A program made the position numbers and the translations under genes. Shown here one piece after another: positions 1-8,712 of a stretch of DNA of 19,902 bases. The DNA is from Polyangiaceae bacterium (lineage in GTDB: Bacteria; Myxococcota_A; Polyangia; Polyangiales; Polyangiaceae), in assembly GCA_050287085.1 (NCBI GenBank), contig JBNKBE010000042.1, positions 1 to 19,902 on the forward strand, in the 5' to 3' direction. The notes below the pieces were generated by a model. That model did no database searches and was not told the origin of the DNA. It saw only the letters and a program-made list of their open reading frames with translations. How positions within the stretch are numbered: position 1 is the first letter of the stretch; each line of letters begins with the position of its first letter.

Positions 1-1
1 G

Positions 2-49
2 GCCCTGGGCCTGTTCATGAATCGTCGTATGCCAACGCGCCGGGTATGA
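2..49 (+). CDS. Possible 3' end of an upstream gene (...ALGLFMNRRMPTRRV*), with a hydrophobic then basic tail
   Basis: Open frame from the window edge to TGA at 47-49, convergent on the regulator. The tail resembles the end of a C-terminal TM/basic anchor (MYXO-CTERM-like), but only 15 residues are visible. Confidence 0.25.
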   Translation, partial: ALGLFMNRRMPTRRV

Positions 50-69
50 AAACGCGCGACGCGCTGCGC

Positions 70-357
70 CTAGGACTCGACGAGGTGCAACAGATCCCCA
101 ACCAGGTGCCCGTTCTTCAACGGGTGGCGGAGCGGCGCGTCGCGATTGATGCGATACAGGTTGCGTCGGCCGTCTTTGGTGACCGCTAGCACTGACGCTT
201 CCACCAGCTCCGCAATGATGCGCTGGACGGCACGCTCTGTAATGCCCACACCCGTTGCGATGTCTCTCATGCGTGCGCCGGGGTCCCGCGCGAGATACAG
301 CAGCACCAGGGCGTGGTTGCTGAGAAAATGCCACCCGCTGTGCATGCCAGACATCAT
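70..357 (-). CDS. Small winged helix-turn-helix transcriptional regulator (MarR/AsnC-like 'WxFLxNHA' family)
   Basis: Translation WHFLSNHALVLLYLARDPGARMRDIATGVGITERAVQRIIAELVEASVLAVTKDGRRNLYRIN shows an HTH plus a GRRNxY wing. The start is at one of the ATGs at 357/354/345; the ORF-track extension to 630 overlaps the ABC gene and is discarded. Confidence 0.88.
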   Translation of the reverse strand: MMSGMHSGWHFLSNHALVLLYLARDPGARMRDIATGVGITERAVQRIIAELVEASVLAVTKDGRRNLYRINRDAPLRHPLKNGHLVGDLLHLVES

Positions 358-382
358 GATGCCATTCTCGCGAAATGCAATA

Positions 383-400
383 CACCAAATATATCTCGTG
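383..400. promoter_or_regulatory. Candidate operator palindrome in the divergent promoter region
   Basis: CACCAAATATATCTCGTG matches its own reverse complement at 14/18 positions and is AT-rich in a GC-rich context. A second half-site, TATATCTGGTG, lies at 430-440. Confidence 0.55.
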
Positions 401-441
401 AGTTTAGTTGCCATGGAGGGGGAGAGGCTTATATCTGGTGC

Positions 442-2133
442 ATGTCGTCTCTCGATGCGGCGGACCTGCCCAGGTCCGGTCTCCGCGGCGTTTTGGATTT
501 TGCCTTTCAGCTGCGGGCAGAGCTGCGCCTGATCTTGGCGTATGCCTGCGGCGTGGGGCTGCTCACGTTGGCTACGCCGGTAGCAGTGCAGGTCCTGATC
601 AACGCTGTGGCCGTGGGCAGCCTGCTCCAACCCTTGCTCGCCATTATTGTGCTGCTGGCCGCTGCGCTTACGCTGGCCGCTGTATTCGAGCTGCTACAGG
701 TGTGGCTGGTTGAACTGCTCGGACGTCGCTTGTTTCTACAAGTCGCAGAGCGTTCAGCGCTGGCCATCACGCAGAGTACCGCCGCACGAGGTCGCCGGCT
801 CGCCCAACATGTCAACCGTTTCATGGATGTCGTCGTGCTCGAAAAGAGCACCGCCGAACTGCTACTCGATGGCTCCGCAGTCACGCTCCAGGTAACACTA
901 GGGCTTGCGCTGCTCGGCGCCTACCATCCCATCTTGCTGGCCTTTGCGGTTGGTATCGTCGCCTTCTTGCTGCTCATCGTGATACCCCTGGGGCGCGGCG
1001 CCACGGCCACCGCTTTGACAGAATCTGGCGAGAAGTACGCCATGTTGTCCGCTCTGCAACAGCTGTCCGAAGGGGACGCGTTGCACGGCTCTGGCAAGCT
1101 CGACGGACTGCCCGCCGCGGTGTTGCTCGAACGCTCACACGCCTGGCTCAACGCGCGGAGTCAGCACTTCGCCACCGTCCTGCGACAGAAGGTGGGTCTC
1201 TGGATCTTACAGGTCAACGCCAGCGTGGCGCTCCTAGGCATCGGTGGTTGGCTCGTTCGCGAGCAGCAACTGACGCTGGGCCAACTCGTTGCCGCTGAGA
1301 TCGTCATGACGCTCACGGTGAGCTCACTGGCGAAAGTAGGCAAGTTGCTCCCCAAGCTCTACGACCTGAGCGCCAGTCTCGAAAAGCTAAACTCGGTCAT
1401 GACCATGCCCTCGGCGCGGCGCGGAGGGGCTGCGCTAGAATCGAAGCCCGTCACTCTCTACCTGCCCAGCTGTGGCCTTCTGAAACCTCAGGCGGGGCGG
1501 CATCACCACCTCATGGCAAGTTCAACGCTCTCGCAGGACTTCGCTCAGTTCGTCACGCCACAGCCCCGCGTTGAAGATCCAGTCCTGATCAACGACGCGC
1601 CCATCGCGGAGTACGATGTGGATTCCCTTCGCCAGCAGGTGCTGCTGCTTCGCGACCGCCAGCTCTTTGCCGGCACGGTATGGCAAAACATCAGTTCCTT
1701 GGCTGGCGCTGTCACCACGCCGTGTGTGCAGTCCACAAAGCCCGAGTTGGATCGCGCTCGCGCAGCGGCGGCGCTGTCCAAGGTGCGACTCCCGCCGACT
1801 GATCTGGATCGTTGGATCAGCTCGGATGAGCTGAGCCCCGAAGAGCGCGCTTGTTTGCTGGTGGCGGCTGCGGTAGCCACCCAACCACAGGTACTGCTGG
1901 TCGATCGCCTACTCGACGGTTTGCTACCAGAAACAGGTGACCTGCTAAGAAGTGTTGTCTTGGCGGACGACGCGCCGTGGTCTGCACTGGTCGCCACGGT
2001 GAGCGTGCTCACACCCACTTCACCTGCAACGTCCGCTCAGTCCGATGGCCACGGCGTCCCTGCGCCGGCAGAGCCGGCCGAAGCCCCCCATGTCCTCTTC
2101 CAATCCTCCAACCCCGGGAGCGGCAGACCATGA
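442..2133 (+). CDS. Type I secretion-like ABC exporter: transmembrane domain plus degenerate nucleotide-binding domain
   Basis: ABC-exporter membrane domain (GLLTLATPVAVQVLIN...GGWLVREQQLTLGQLVAAEIV), followed by an NBD scaffold (VLINDAPI...SLRQQV...LFAGTVWQNI...LSPEERACLLVAAAVATQPQVLLVD). ATG 442 follows a purine-rich GGAGG tract. The stop overlaps the HlyD start (ATGA). Confidence 0.85.
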   Translation: MSSLDAADLPRSGLRGVLDFAFQLRAELRLILAYACGVGLLTLATPVAVQVLINAVAVGSLLQPLLAIIVLLAAALTLAAVFELLQVWLVELLGRRLFLQVAERSALAITQSTAARGRRLAQHVNRFMDVVVLEKSTAELLLDGSAVTLQVTLGLALLGAYHPILLAFAVGIVAFLLLIVIPLGRGATATALTESGEKYAMLSALQQLSEGDALHGSGKLDGLPAAVLLERSHAWLNARSQHFATVLRQKVGLWILQVNASVALLGIGGWLVREQQLTLGQLVAAEIVMTLTVSSLAKVGKLLPKLYDLSASLEKLNSVMTMPSARRGGAALESKPVTLYLPSCGLLKPQAGRHHHLMASSTLSQDFAQFVTPQPRVEDPVLINDAPIAEYDVDSLRQQVLLLRDRQLFAGTVWQNISSLAGAVTTPCVQSTKPELDRARAAAALSKVRLPPTDLDRWISSDELSPEERACLLVAAAVATQPQVLLVDRLLDGLLPETGDLLRSVVLADDAPWSALVATVSVLTPTSPATSAQSDGHGVPAPAEPAEAPHVLFQSSNPGSGRP

Positions 2134-3443
2134 TCCCCGCAGCTCGTAGTCACGGTACCTTGGTACCGATCCCATATCCGGCCGTTCTCAGAGGCGGGGC
2201 TACATGGGTCCTTGTTGGACTGCTGCTGCTGGTCGGCTGCTGTCTTTGGGCCCCGTGGCAACAGTCCGTCGCTGGAAGGGGTCGAGTGACAGCGCGAATG
2301 CCTGTCGAACGTGAACAGAGCATCGACGCGCCGGTATCGGGACGCTTGGTGCGCTGGTTTGCCCAGGAGGGCGCCTACGTCGCGGAGGGTGAACCACTGC
2401 TGGAAATCGCGGACCTGGACCCGGACTACGTCCAGCGCCTCGACGAGCGGCGCGTTGCCGATCAAGAGCGATTGCAGGCCGCAAACGCGCGAACGGAGGC
2501 ATATCGGGAGCAGGGCGAGTCCTACGACGAGTGGCGCCGGCTCAAAGTCAAAGCGGCACGCCTGAAGATCACGATGGGCGAGCAGAAGCTGGAAGCCGCG
2601 AGGCAAAGACTCGAGGCCGCAAGAGCAGAAGCTCGAACCACGAAGCTCAACGTCACACGACACAAGCGACTGATTGAAAAAGGACTCGAGTCTCAACGAG
2701 CCCTGGAACTGGCTCAGCTTTCCGCTGCCAAGGCGGAAGCCAACGTGAACTTGGCGGCGGCGGGCGTATCCGAAGCGCAGGCCTCACTCACAGCACAACA
2801 CGCGGAGCTGATGCAGGCCAATGCCGAGGGCCAGGCGAAGATCCGTTCGGCACGAGCGGAAGAAGAAAAGGCCAACGCCGAAGTCGCTTATGCCAAAAAG
2901 GACCTCACGCAGATCGAATCGGAGCTGGCGCGTCAAGCTACACGTTTGGTCAAGGCGCCACGCAGCGGCACCCTGCTACGGGTGAGTGGGGACTTCGGTG
3001 GGCAGCTGGTCAAGAAGGGGGACCTCCTCGCCACCTTGGTGCCCGACACCAAAGATCTCGCCGTTGAGCTCTGGGTCGACGGCAACGACCTACCGCTCGT
3101 GACCCCAGGCGCTCCAGTCCGCTTGCAGTTCGAAGGCTGGCCTGCGGTGCAATTCGTAGGCTGGCCGTCGGTGGCCGTAGGCTCCTTTGGTGGTCTGGTA
3201 AACTTTGTTGACGCCCACACTGACAGCTCCGGCAAGGTTCGCGTCGTCATCACCCCTGATCCGACGGACGCACCGTGGCCACCCCGCAACTTGCTGCGGC
3301 AGGGCGTGATGGCCCAGGGCTGGGTACTGCTGGAGCAAGTACCCGTGGGCTGGGAGCTGTGGCGACGCTTCAACGGTTTCCCGCTGTCGGTGCTTCACGA
3401 GGGAGGTGCGACAGCACGAAAGAAGGGGAAGGACGATGCCTGA
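2130..3443 (+). CDS. HlyD-family membrane fusion/periplasmic adaptor protein
   Basis: N-terminal TM then PWQQSVAGRGRV; lipoyl-like halves IDAPVSGRLVRWFAQEGAYVAEGEPLLEI and VKAPRSG; long coiled coil; VRLQFEGWPAVQFVGWPS motif. ATGA coupling to the ABC gene. Confidence 0.92.
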   Translation: MIPAARSHGTLVPIPYPAVLRGGATWVLVGLLLLVGCCLWAPWQQSVAGRGRVTARMPVEREQSIDAPVSGRLVRWFAQEGAYVAEGEPLLEIADLDPDYVQRLDERRVADQERLQAANARTEAYREQGESYDEWRRLKVKAARLKITMGEQKLEAARQRLEAARAEARTTKLNVTRHKRLIEKGLESQRALELAQLSAAKAEANVNLAAAGVSEAQASLTAQHAELMQANAEGQAKIRSARAEEEKANAEVAYAKKDLTQIESELARQATRLVKAPRSGTLLRVSGDFGGQLVKKGDLLATLVPDTKDLAVELWVDGNDLPLVTPGAPVRLQFEGWPAVQFVGWPSVAVGSFGGLVNFVDAHTDSSGKVRVVITPDPTDAPWPPRNLLRQGVMAQGWVLLEQVPVGWELWRRFNGFPLSVLHEGGATARKKGKDDA

Positions 3444-4935
3444 TGCGCTCGGACGTGCCGGCTGCGTACGCGGCGCCGTGATGGGTAGCTACCTAGCCGC
3501 TTGGCTGTTGGGTGGCGTCAGTCTAGCGAATGGGTCGGAAGCTCCGGTCCCCCCCGAGACCACGCTCCTTGTGGCTCCTCCTTCGATACCTACGTCGGAT
3601 GCGCCGCGGACTACCACGCTGAGCGAGGTCATGCGCTCAGCCGAGAAGCATTTGCTACCCCGCATGAATCAGGCGTTCGAAGTCGACCAAGCAGAGGGCC
3701 GTTTGCTTGCGGCAAGAGGCGCCTTCGACCTGAAGATAGCCGGCTCGGGCGCGGCGGCCCTCAGTGGCAAATACGACGAGCGCTTTGGCACGCTTGCGCT
3801 GAAGCAACAGACGTCACTGGCGGGCCTGGCCATGGAGGCCGGCTACCGTCACGGCGCGGGGTACCCGGTGTACGCGGCCAAAGCCATGACAAGCCGCTAC
3901 GGCGAAGCGTTTGGTCAAGCATCCCTGCCGCTGCTGCAGGGTAGCAGCATCGACAGTCAGCGCCTGGAACGCGACACCACCTATCGGGGCGTAGAAGTGG
4001 CACGCGCCGAGCTCGAGAAGCAACGCCTTGCGCTGCTGCTGGACGCGGGTCTCGCGTACTACTCGTGGGTCAAGACACACCGCTACTTGGAAGTCGAGCG
4101 AGTGCTGGTGGCGCTCGCAGAAGGGCGCGCTCGCCTCGTCGAAAGCTCCGTTGCAGCCGGACAGCTCCCACGAGTGGAGCTCCTGGACAACGAACGGCTG
4201 ATCGCAGAGCGACGCGAACAGCTGCTGAGCGCCCGCTCGGATGCCGAGCAGTCGAAACAGGAGCTCGCCTTCTTCAAGCGTGACGCGGAAGGACGCCCGA
4301 GCCTTCCGGACGGTGTGCCTGAGCAAGAGGCGCTCAACGCTGAGCTACGTCCCACACCAGAGCAGGCACTGCAAGATGTCGAACGACGTCACCCCTTCAT
4401 CCAAGCCCTGCAAGCCAAGGAACAGCAGCTGATGCGGCGGCTTGCCTGGGCCGACAATCAACGACTCCCCAACTTGGATCTCAACGCGCGCGTTTCAAAA
4501 GACTTCGGCGCCGAACAGGCCTACGCCCCCTTTGCCACTACGCCCAATAAGACCGAAGTGATGGTCGGACTGGAGTTTGCCTGGCCCGTGCAGCAGCGCA
4601 AAGCACGGGGTAAGGCAGCGGAAACGACCGCAAAGATTCGGCAACTCCAGGCGGGACGCGCGCTCTTCCTCGAGCGCCTTGCAACGAACCTCAGAGCCAT
4701 CGACAAGCGACTCGAGCTGGTCAAGGAGCGACTCGTGGCTGCGCGCGCGGCCGAGCGTTCCGCCCAAGCGCTCGCCGATGCCGAGCGCGATCGCTTTGAC
4801 GAGGGCCAAGGCACCATCTTCATGATCAATCAGCGAGAAAAGGTCGCAGCTTCCGCCACCAAGCGAGTCATCGAAGTCGAATACGACTACGCCACACTGT
4901 GGCTCAAGCACCAGTACCTCACGGGCAAGCTCTGA
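3436..4935 (+). CDS. TolC-family outer membrane channel
   Basis: Signal-like N-terminus; AEGRLLAARGAFD, SLPLLQG, NQRLPNLDL and AERDRFDEGQGTIFMINQRE outer-membrane efflux protein patterns. 8-nt overlap with the HlyD gene stop. Confidence 0.9.
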   Translation: MPDALGRAGCVRGAVMGSYLAAWLLGGVSLANGSEAPVPPETTLLVAPPSIPTSDAPRTTTLSEVMRSAEKHLLPRMNQAFEVDQAEGRLLAARGAFDLKIAGSGAAALSGKYDERFGTLALKQQTSLAGLAMEAGYRHGAGYPVYAAKAMTSRYGEAFGQASLPLLQGSSIDSQRLERDTTYRGVEVARAELEKQRLALLLDAGLAYYSWVKTHRYLEVERVLVALAEGRARLVESSVAAGQLPRVELLDNERLIAERREQLLSARSDAEQSKQELAFFKRDAEGRPSLPDGVPEQEALNAELRPTPEQALQDVERRHPFIQALQAKEQQLMRRLAWADNQRLPNLDLNARVSKDFGAEQAYAPFATTPNKTEVMVGLEFAWPVQQRKARGKAAETTAKIRQLQAGRALFLERLATNLRAIDKRLELVKERLVAARAAERSAQALADAERDRFDEGQGTIFMINQREKVAASATKRVIEVEYDYATLWLKHQYLTGKL

Positions 4936-4967
4936 GTCTCACCCCCCGGTACCGCTGGGTCGATGGT

Positions 4968-5846
4968 CTACCGTTGGCGTGGTTCTGCGGAACCAAGCCA
5001 GCGAGTGAGCAATTGGAAAGAGTTCTGCGTCGCTTGCCCACCTGCGCAGGGGCGCGGCGCCGTCTCGCCACACGGGACGTCCTTGTCCAAGAAGCGCTTC
5101 ACGCCGCAATGCGGACGGTAGGTCATTAAGTCTCTGCAATCGTAGGCGTGATCCAAACCGTAGGCATGTGCAATCTCCATGCTGGCAGTTTCGCACAGCG
5201 CATTGGGACTCTCGCGTAGCGTGCGCGCAAAGACCAACACCACCGCTTCCGAGATCGGGCTGCCGGTAAACGGAGCCAAACCCGTTGAACGACTATGAGT
5301 GTGCTTACCCGCTTGGGGGTGAGGTCCGTCGAGATCCGCCGGGGTGCCGCCCACCATGGCCATGATGTAGCCCCCCGAGGTTGGGCGCTGATCGACTACC
5401 TGAACATCAAACGGCGCAAATTTTCCGCGTACGCATTTGACAAAAGCATTCCACGTCGCAGCGCTGCCAGCAAATGCTGGAATGTCAGCATAGTCGCGAC
5501 CGGCAAGACGCACCAAAGCGGCCTGGTTCTTCGCCGCGTCGTCGGCACCGCCGATGAGCCGAGCGCCCTCGCGGTTGAGGTAGATCGTCTTGCTGAGCTC
5601 ACTTCCGGGGATCCGGATAGCGGGCAGATGCGCAAGCGGAACCCGAACATAGCTGTCCAGGCGGCGCAGCGGTGTGCTCCCCATGTCCTCCACGGCCGCC
5701 ACGATCGAGGTCCAGCGAGCCGCACCGAGTCCCGCAAGTGCGCCAACGACGAGTGTCCCGAAAGAGGCGAAAACGAGGCCCCCCCGCCCGGACCTGGGAC
5801 GGGTGACCTGAGGACGTCTTGGCGGGGGCTTCACGCGTGAAGCCAT
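4968..5846 (-). CDS. Membrane-anchored metzincin-like protein with a non-canonical zinc motif
   Basis: Basic N-terminus and TM helix (GLVFASFGTLVVGALAGLGA); MEIAHAYGLDH (5180-5148) followed by a Met-turn-like DLMTY; Cys-rich C-terminus. The start could alternatively be GTG 5882. Confidence 0.7.
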   Translation of the reverse strand: MASRVKPPPRRPQVTRPRSGRGGLVFASFGTLVVGALAGLGAARWTSIVAAVEDMGSTPLRRLDSYVRVPLAHLPAIRIPGSELSKTIYLNREGARLIGGADDAAKNQAALVRLAGRDYADIPAFAGSAATWNAFVKCVRGKFAPFDVQVVDQRPTSGGYIMAMVGGTPADLDGPHPQAGKHTHSRSTGLAPFTGSPISEAVVLVFARTLRESPNALCETASMEIAHAYGLDHAYDCRDLMTYRPHCGVKRFLDKDVPCGETAPRPCAGGQATQNSFQLLTRWLGSAEPRQR

Positions 5847-5930
5847 AGCACCAGCAGCGCAAGCTGGCGAGCCGTGCGCCACACCACAATTCGCTAATAG
5901 TTGGGCGCAAGATGTCGTTCAGATCGGGCG

Positions 5931-7073
5931 ATGCGTATTGTAGAGGGGTTTTCTCAAGCGAATAACGCCCGCGCGGCGCTCGATGAGGCGACAAAGACCT
6001 GGGATGTGGGCGCTCAGGCTCTGAACATGATTCTCGTGTTTTGTTCGACCGAACAAGACGCTGGTGTCGTCGCCTCGGAACTCGCGCAGCGCTACCCATC
6101 CGTCCCGATTGCCGGATGTACCACCAGCGGCGAACACCTCGCCGGACGCCATCTCAACGGTTCACTCGTACTGATGGGCATCGAAAGTCCCAGAGTTCGG
6201 TGGGCGACGACTTCGGTGAGCGGACTTGCACAGTTCGGCGAGCAAGTTGCCTCGGAAGCGGCAGATAGGTTGTTTGCCCAGTTGGGCGTCAGCCGCGACG
6301 ACGTCGATCCGAGCAAGATGTTCTGCCTCTTGTTCGTGGACGGTCTTTCACGACGCGAGGAGGCCGTAGCCGCCGCGCTGGCCGAGGCGATTGAAGGCGT
6401 GCCTCTATTGGGGGGCTCCGCCGGAGACGACCTGCACTTCGAGCGGACAGAGGTAATCCACGACGGTCAAGCGTCCTCGGACACTGCGGTACTGGTAATG
6501 GGCTACTCAGAACAGCCCTTCGAAATCATCAAGCACCAGCACTTCACCGAGACCTCCCGTCACCTTGCGATTACGAGGGCGGACGCAGCGGCGCGGCGCG
6601 TATACGAAATCGACGGAGAGCCGGCTGCTGTCGCCTACGCGCGGGCGCTTGGACTCGAACGCTCGCAGCTGAGCGACGCGGCCTGCTTCTCGAATCCGGT
6701 CACCTTTCGCTGCCACGGCGAACTGTACGTGCGTTCCATTCAGAAGCTCGAAGAAGACGACTCGATCACGTTCTACTGCGGCATCGAGAACGGCATGGTG
6801 CTGGATGTGGGCGGCCACCACGACCTGGTTGATGCTCTGGAGGCTGACCTCTCGCGCTGGAGACAGCACGGCGGTGTTGAACTCCTGATCGGCTGCAACT
6901 GCATTCTGCGGGCGCTAGAAGCGGGCCAGGCCCATCAACACGAGGACCTGGGAAGACTATTCAAGGAGGTCGCCGCCCACAACATCGGCTTCGACACCTA
7001 CGGAGAACAACTCAATGGCCTCCATATCAATCAGACCCTGGTCGCTCTCGCGTTCATGAAGGAGGCCGCCTGA
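5931..7073 (+). CDS. FIST-domain signal transduction protein (FIST_N + FIST_C, NosP-like)
   Basis: Motifs GCTTSGE, DGLS, GGSAGDD, VYEIDGEPA, YVRSI, CNCILR and GFDTYGEQ..HINQT are typical of stand-alone FIST/NosP proteins. Confidence 0.92.
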   Translation: MRIVEGFSQANNARAALDEATKTWDVGAQALNMILVFCSTEQDAGVVASELAQRYPSVPIAGCTTSGEHLAGRHLNGSLVLMGIESPRVRWATTSVSGLAQFGEQVASEAADRLFAQLGVSRDDVDPSKMFCLLFVDGLSRREEAVAAALAEAIEGVPLLGGSAGDDLHFERTEVIHDGQASSDTAVLVMGYSEQPFEIIKHQHFTETSRHLAITRADAAARRVYEIDGEPAAVAYARALGLERSQLSDAACFSNPVTFRCHGELYVRSIQKLEEDDSITFYCGIENGMVLDVGGHHDLVDALEADLSRWRQHGGVELLIGCNCILRALEAGQAHQHEDLGRLFKEVAAHNIGFDTYGEQLNGLHINQTLVALAFMKEAA

Positions 7074-8701
7074 TGCCCTACGCCGATAGTCGCAGCTGGG
7101 AGGAGCGTGCCCTTGCCGCCGAACGCACCGTTGAGGTCCTTAAGGCGAAGGTGCGAGACCTCTATGACGGCGCCGGCTCGACGATTGAACACCAGCTCCA
7201 ACGAGCCAAGAAGAGGCAGGAAGAAATACGCCGCAAGCAAGAGCTGATGGCGGTTCGGAACGCCGAGCTCGAAAAATACTCCCAGACGCTGGAAGCCGAG
7301 GTCGCGGCTCGCACCCGAGCCATCAAGACCATCGTTGACAACGTCACGTTCGGGTTCCTGATTGTGGGACCTGACCTGGTGGTTCAACCGGGTTGTACCA
7401 AGAGCTGCGCGAGTCTCTTTGGTACGGACCTTCTTGCCGGTCGTCCGTTGCTCGACCTCCTCGGCCTGACCGCAGAGAAGGAGCGCGCCGAGTACGAGCT
7501 CAATGTAGAGCAGCTATTCGAGGATATGCTGCCGGACGCGCTGACGATCGAGCAGTTGCGCAAGCGCTTCGAGCTAGAAAGCGGACGTATTCTGCAGGTT
7601 GAACCGCGAGTCATTCGCAATGATGCCGGCGCCCTCGAATCGCTCCTGATGACCGTCAGCGACATCACCGCGCTGGAGTCGGCACAGCACGAGGCCCTCG
7701 AAAACAAGATGCTGCTTTCGCTGCTCAAACGCCGCGATGCGTTTCGCGACTTCCTGCTCGATGCCAAACACCAGCTCGAACACGCACACGAAGCCCTCTC
7801 CAAAGAAAACGAAGACATCGCTCGCCGCGCTGTACATACGGTGAAGGGCAATGCTGCTGTTCACGGTCTCACAACCGTAGCCTCGCAGATTCACGAGGTA
7901 GAGAACGCACCGCACTTATGCGATTGCGACGTAGGCGCCGTCGAAGACGCCTTGCGCAGCTTCCTGAAGCAACACGAGGCCGTGCTGGAACTGTCCTTTG
8001 ACGAGCTGCAAAGCAATTCGGTTGAGGTCCGAGCCCGCGATCTCAACCAGCTCCGCCGCATCAGCGACGAAGTCTCTGGGCAACCTGGCGAGGAACTCCG
8101 CCGCTGGCTGAAGCTGATCTTACTCCAACCCGCCACCGCCGTAATGGGCCCGATTGAAGAGTCGGTGCAACGCCTGGCGGCACTGCTGGAGAAGCGCGTA
8201 CGACTCCACGTCGAAGGCGCTGATACGATGGTGGATCCAGAGCTCGTTCGCCCCATATTCCAGGGTTTGACTCACATTCTTCGCAACGCCATCGATCATG
8301 GTCTCGAAGCGCCCCAGGAGCGCGGCACAAAGCCGGAGGACGGCCTCATTTCTTTCAAGGTGAACGACAGTGGCGACTCACTGACGATCGAGATTGCCGA
8401 CGACGGGCGAGGCATCAACGTCGACCGGGTAGTGGCACGCGCCGTGCAGCGAGGGCTCTTCTCGCCGGAAGCCATCAGCGATCTGAGTGAGAAAGACAAG
8501 CTACGACTCATCTTCGCCGATGGCCTATCAACGGCCGAGACGACCACTGAGGTTTCGGGTCGGGGCGTCGGCATGAGCGCCGTCGCAAGCGAAGTGGAAC
8601 GCCTTGGCGGTTGGGTCGACGTCATGACGAGCCCGGGGCAGGGCACCACCGTGCGCATCACGATCCCCAAAGCTGACGAACGCGTCGCAGCAGCCCAGTA
8701 G
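7073..8701 (+). CDS. Cytoplasmic CheA-like (class II) histidine kinase: coiled coil, PAS-like, Hpt, HATPase; no CheW domain
   Basis: Hpt motif RAVHTVKGNA (His codon 7835-7837); N box HILRNAIDHGLE; G1 DDGRGI; F/G2 IFADGLST..VSGRGVGM. The protein ends shortly after GTTVRITIP. TGATG coupling to the FIST gene, with AAGGAGG upstream. Confidence 0.9.
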   Translation: MPYADSRSWEERALAAERTVEVLKAKVRDLYDGAGSTIEHQLQRAKKRQEEIRRKQELMAVRNAELEKYSQTLEAEVAARTRAIKTIVDNVTFGFLIVGPDLVVQPGCTKSCASLFGTDLLAGRPLLDLLGLTAEKERAEYELNVEQLFEDMLPDALTIEQLRKRFELESGRILQVEPRVIRNDAGALESLLMTVSDITALESAQHEALENKMLLSLLKRRDAFRDFLLDAKHQLEHAHEALSKENEDIARRAVHTVKGNAAVHGLTTVASQIHEVENAPHLCDCDVGAVEDALRSFLKQHEAVLELSFDELQSNSVEVRARDLNQLRRISDEVSGQPGEELRRWLKLILLQPATAVMGPIEESVQRLAALLEKRVRLHVEGADTMVDPELVRPIFQGLTHILRNAIDHGLEAPQERGTKPEDGLISFKVNDSGDSLTIEIADDGRGINVDRVVARAVQRGLFSPEAISDLSEKDKLRLIFADGLSTAETTTEVSGRGVGMSAVASEVERLGGWVDVMTSPGQGTTVRITIPKADERVAAAQ

Positions 8702-8712
8702 CGCGCCGACAT

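Noticed and set aside
313..441. N-terminal extensions of the ABC ORF (from 313) and of the regulator ORF (to 630)
   Set aside because: They would overlap each other head-to-head and erase the operator-containing intergenic region; the extensions show no family features.
1977..2129. HlyD start at 1977
   Set aside because: It overlaps the ABC gene by over 150 nt; the ATGA-coupled start at 2130 is far more plausible.
5864..5881. Bidirectional sigma54 -24/-12 site between the metzincin-like and FIST genes
   Set aside because: GG-N10-GC occurs on both strands, but the -12 element is poor and such matches are frequent at this GC content.
7073..8701. Calling the kinase cheA of a chemotaxis cluster
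   Set aside because: No CheW/P5 domain and no che genes nearby, so the gene symbol is withheld.
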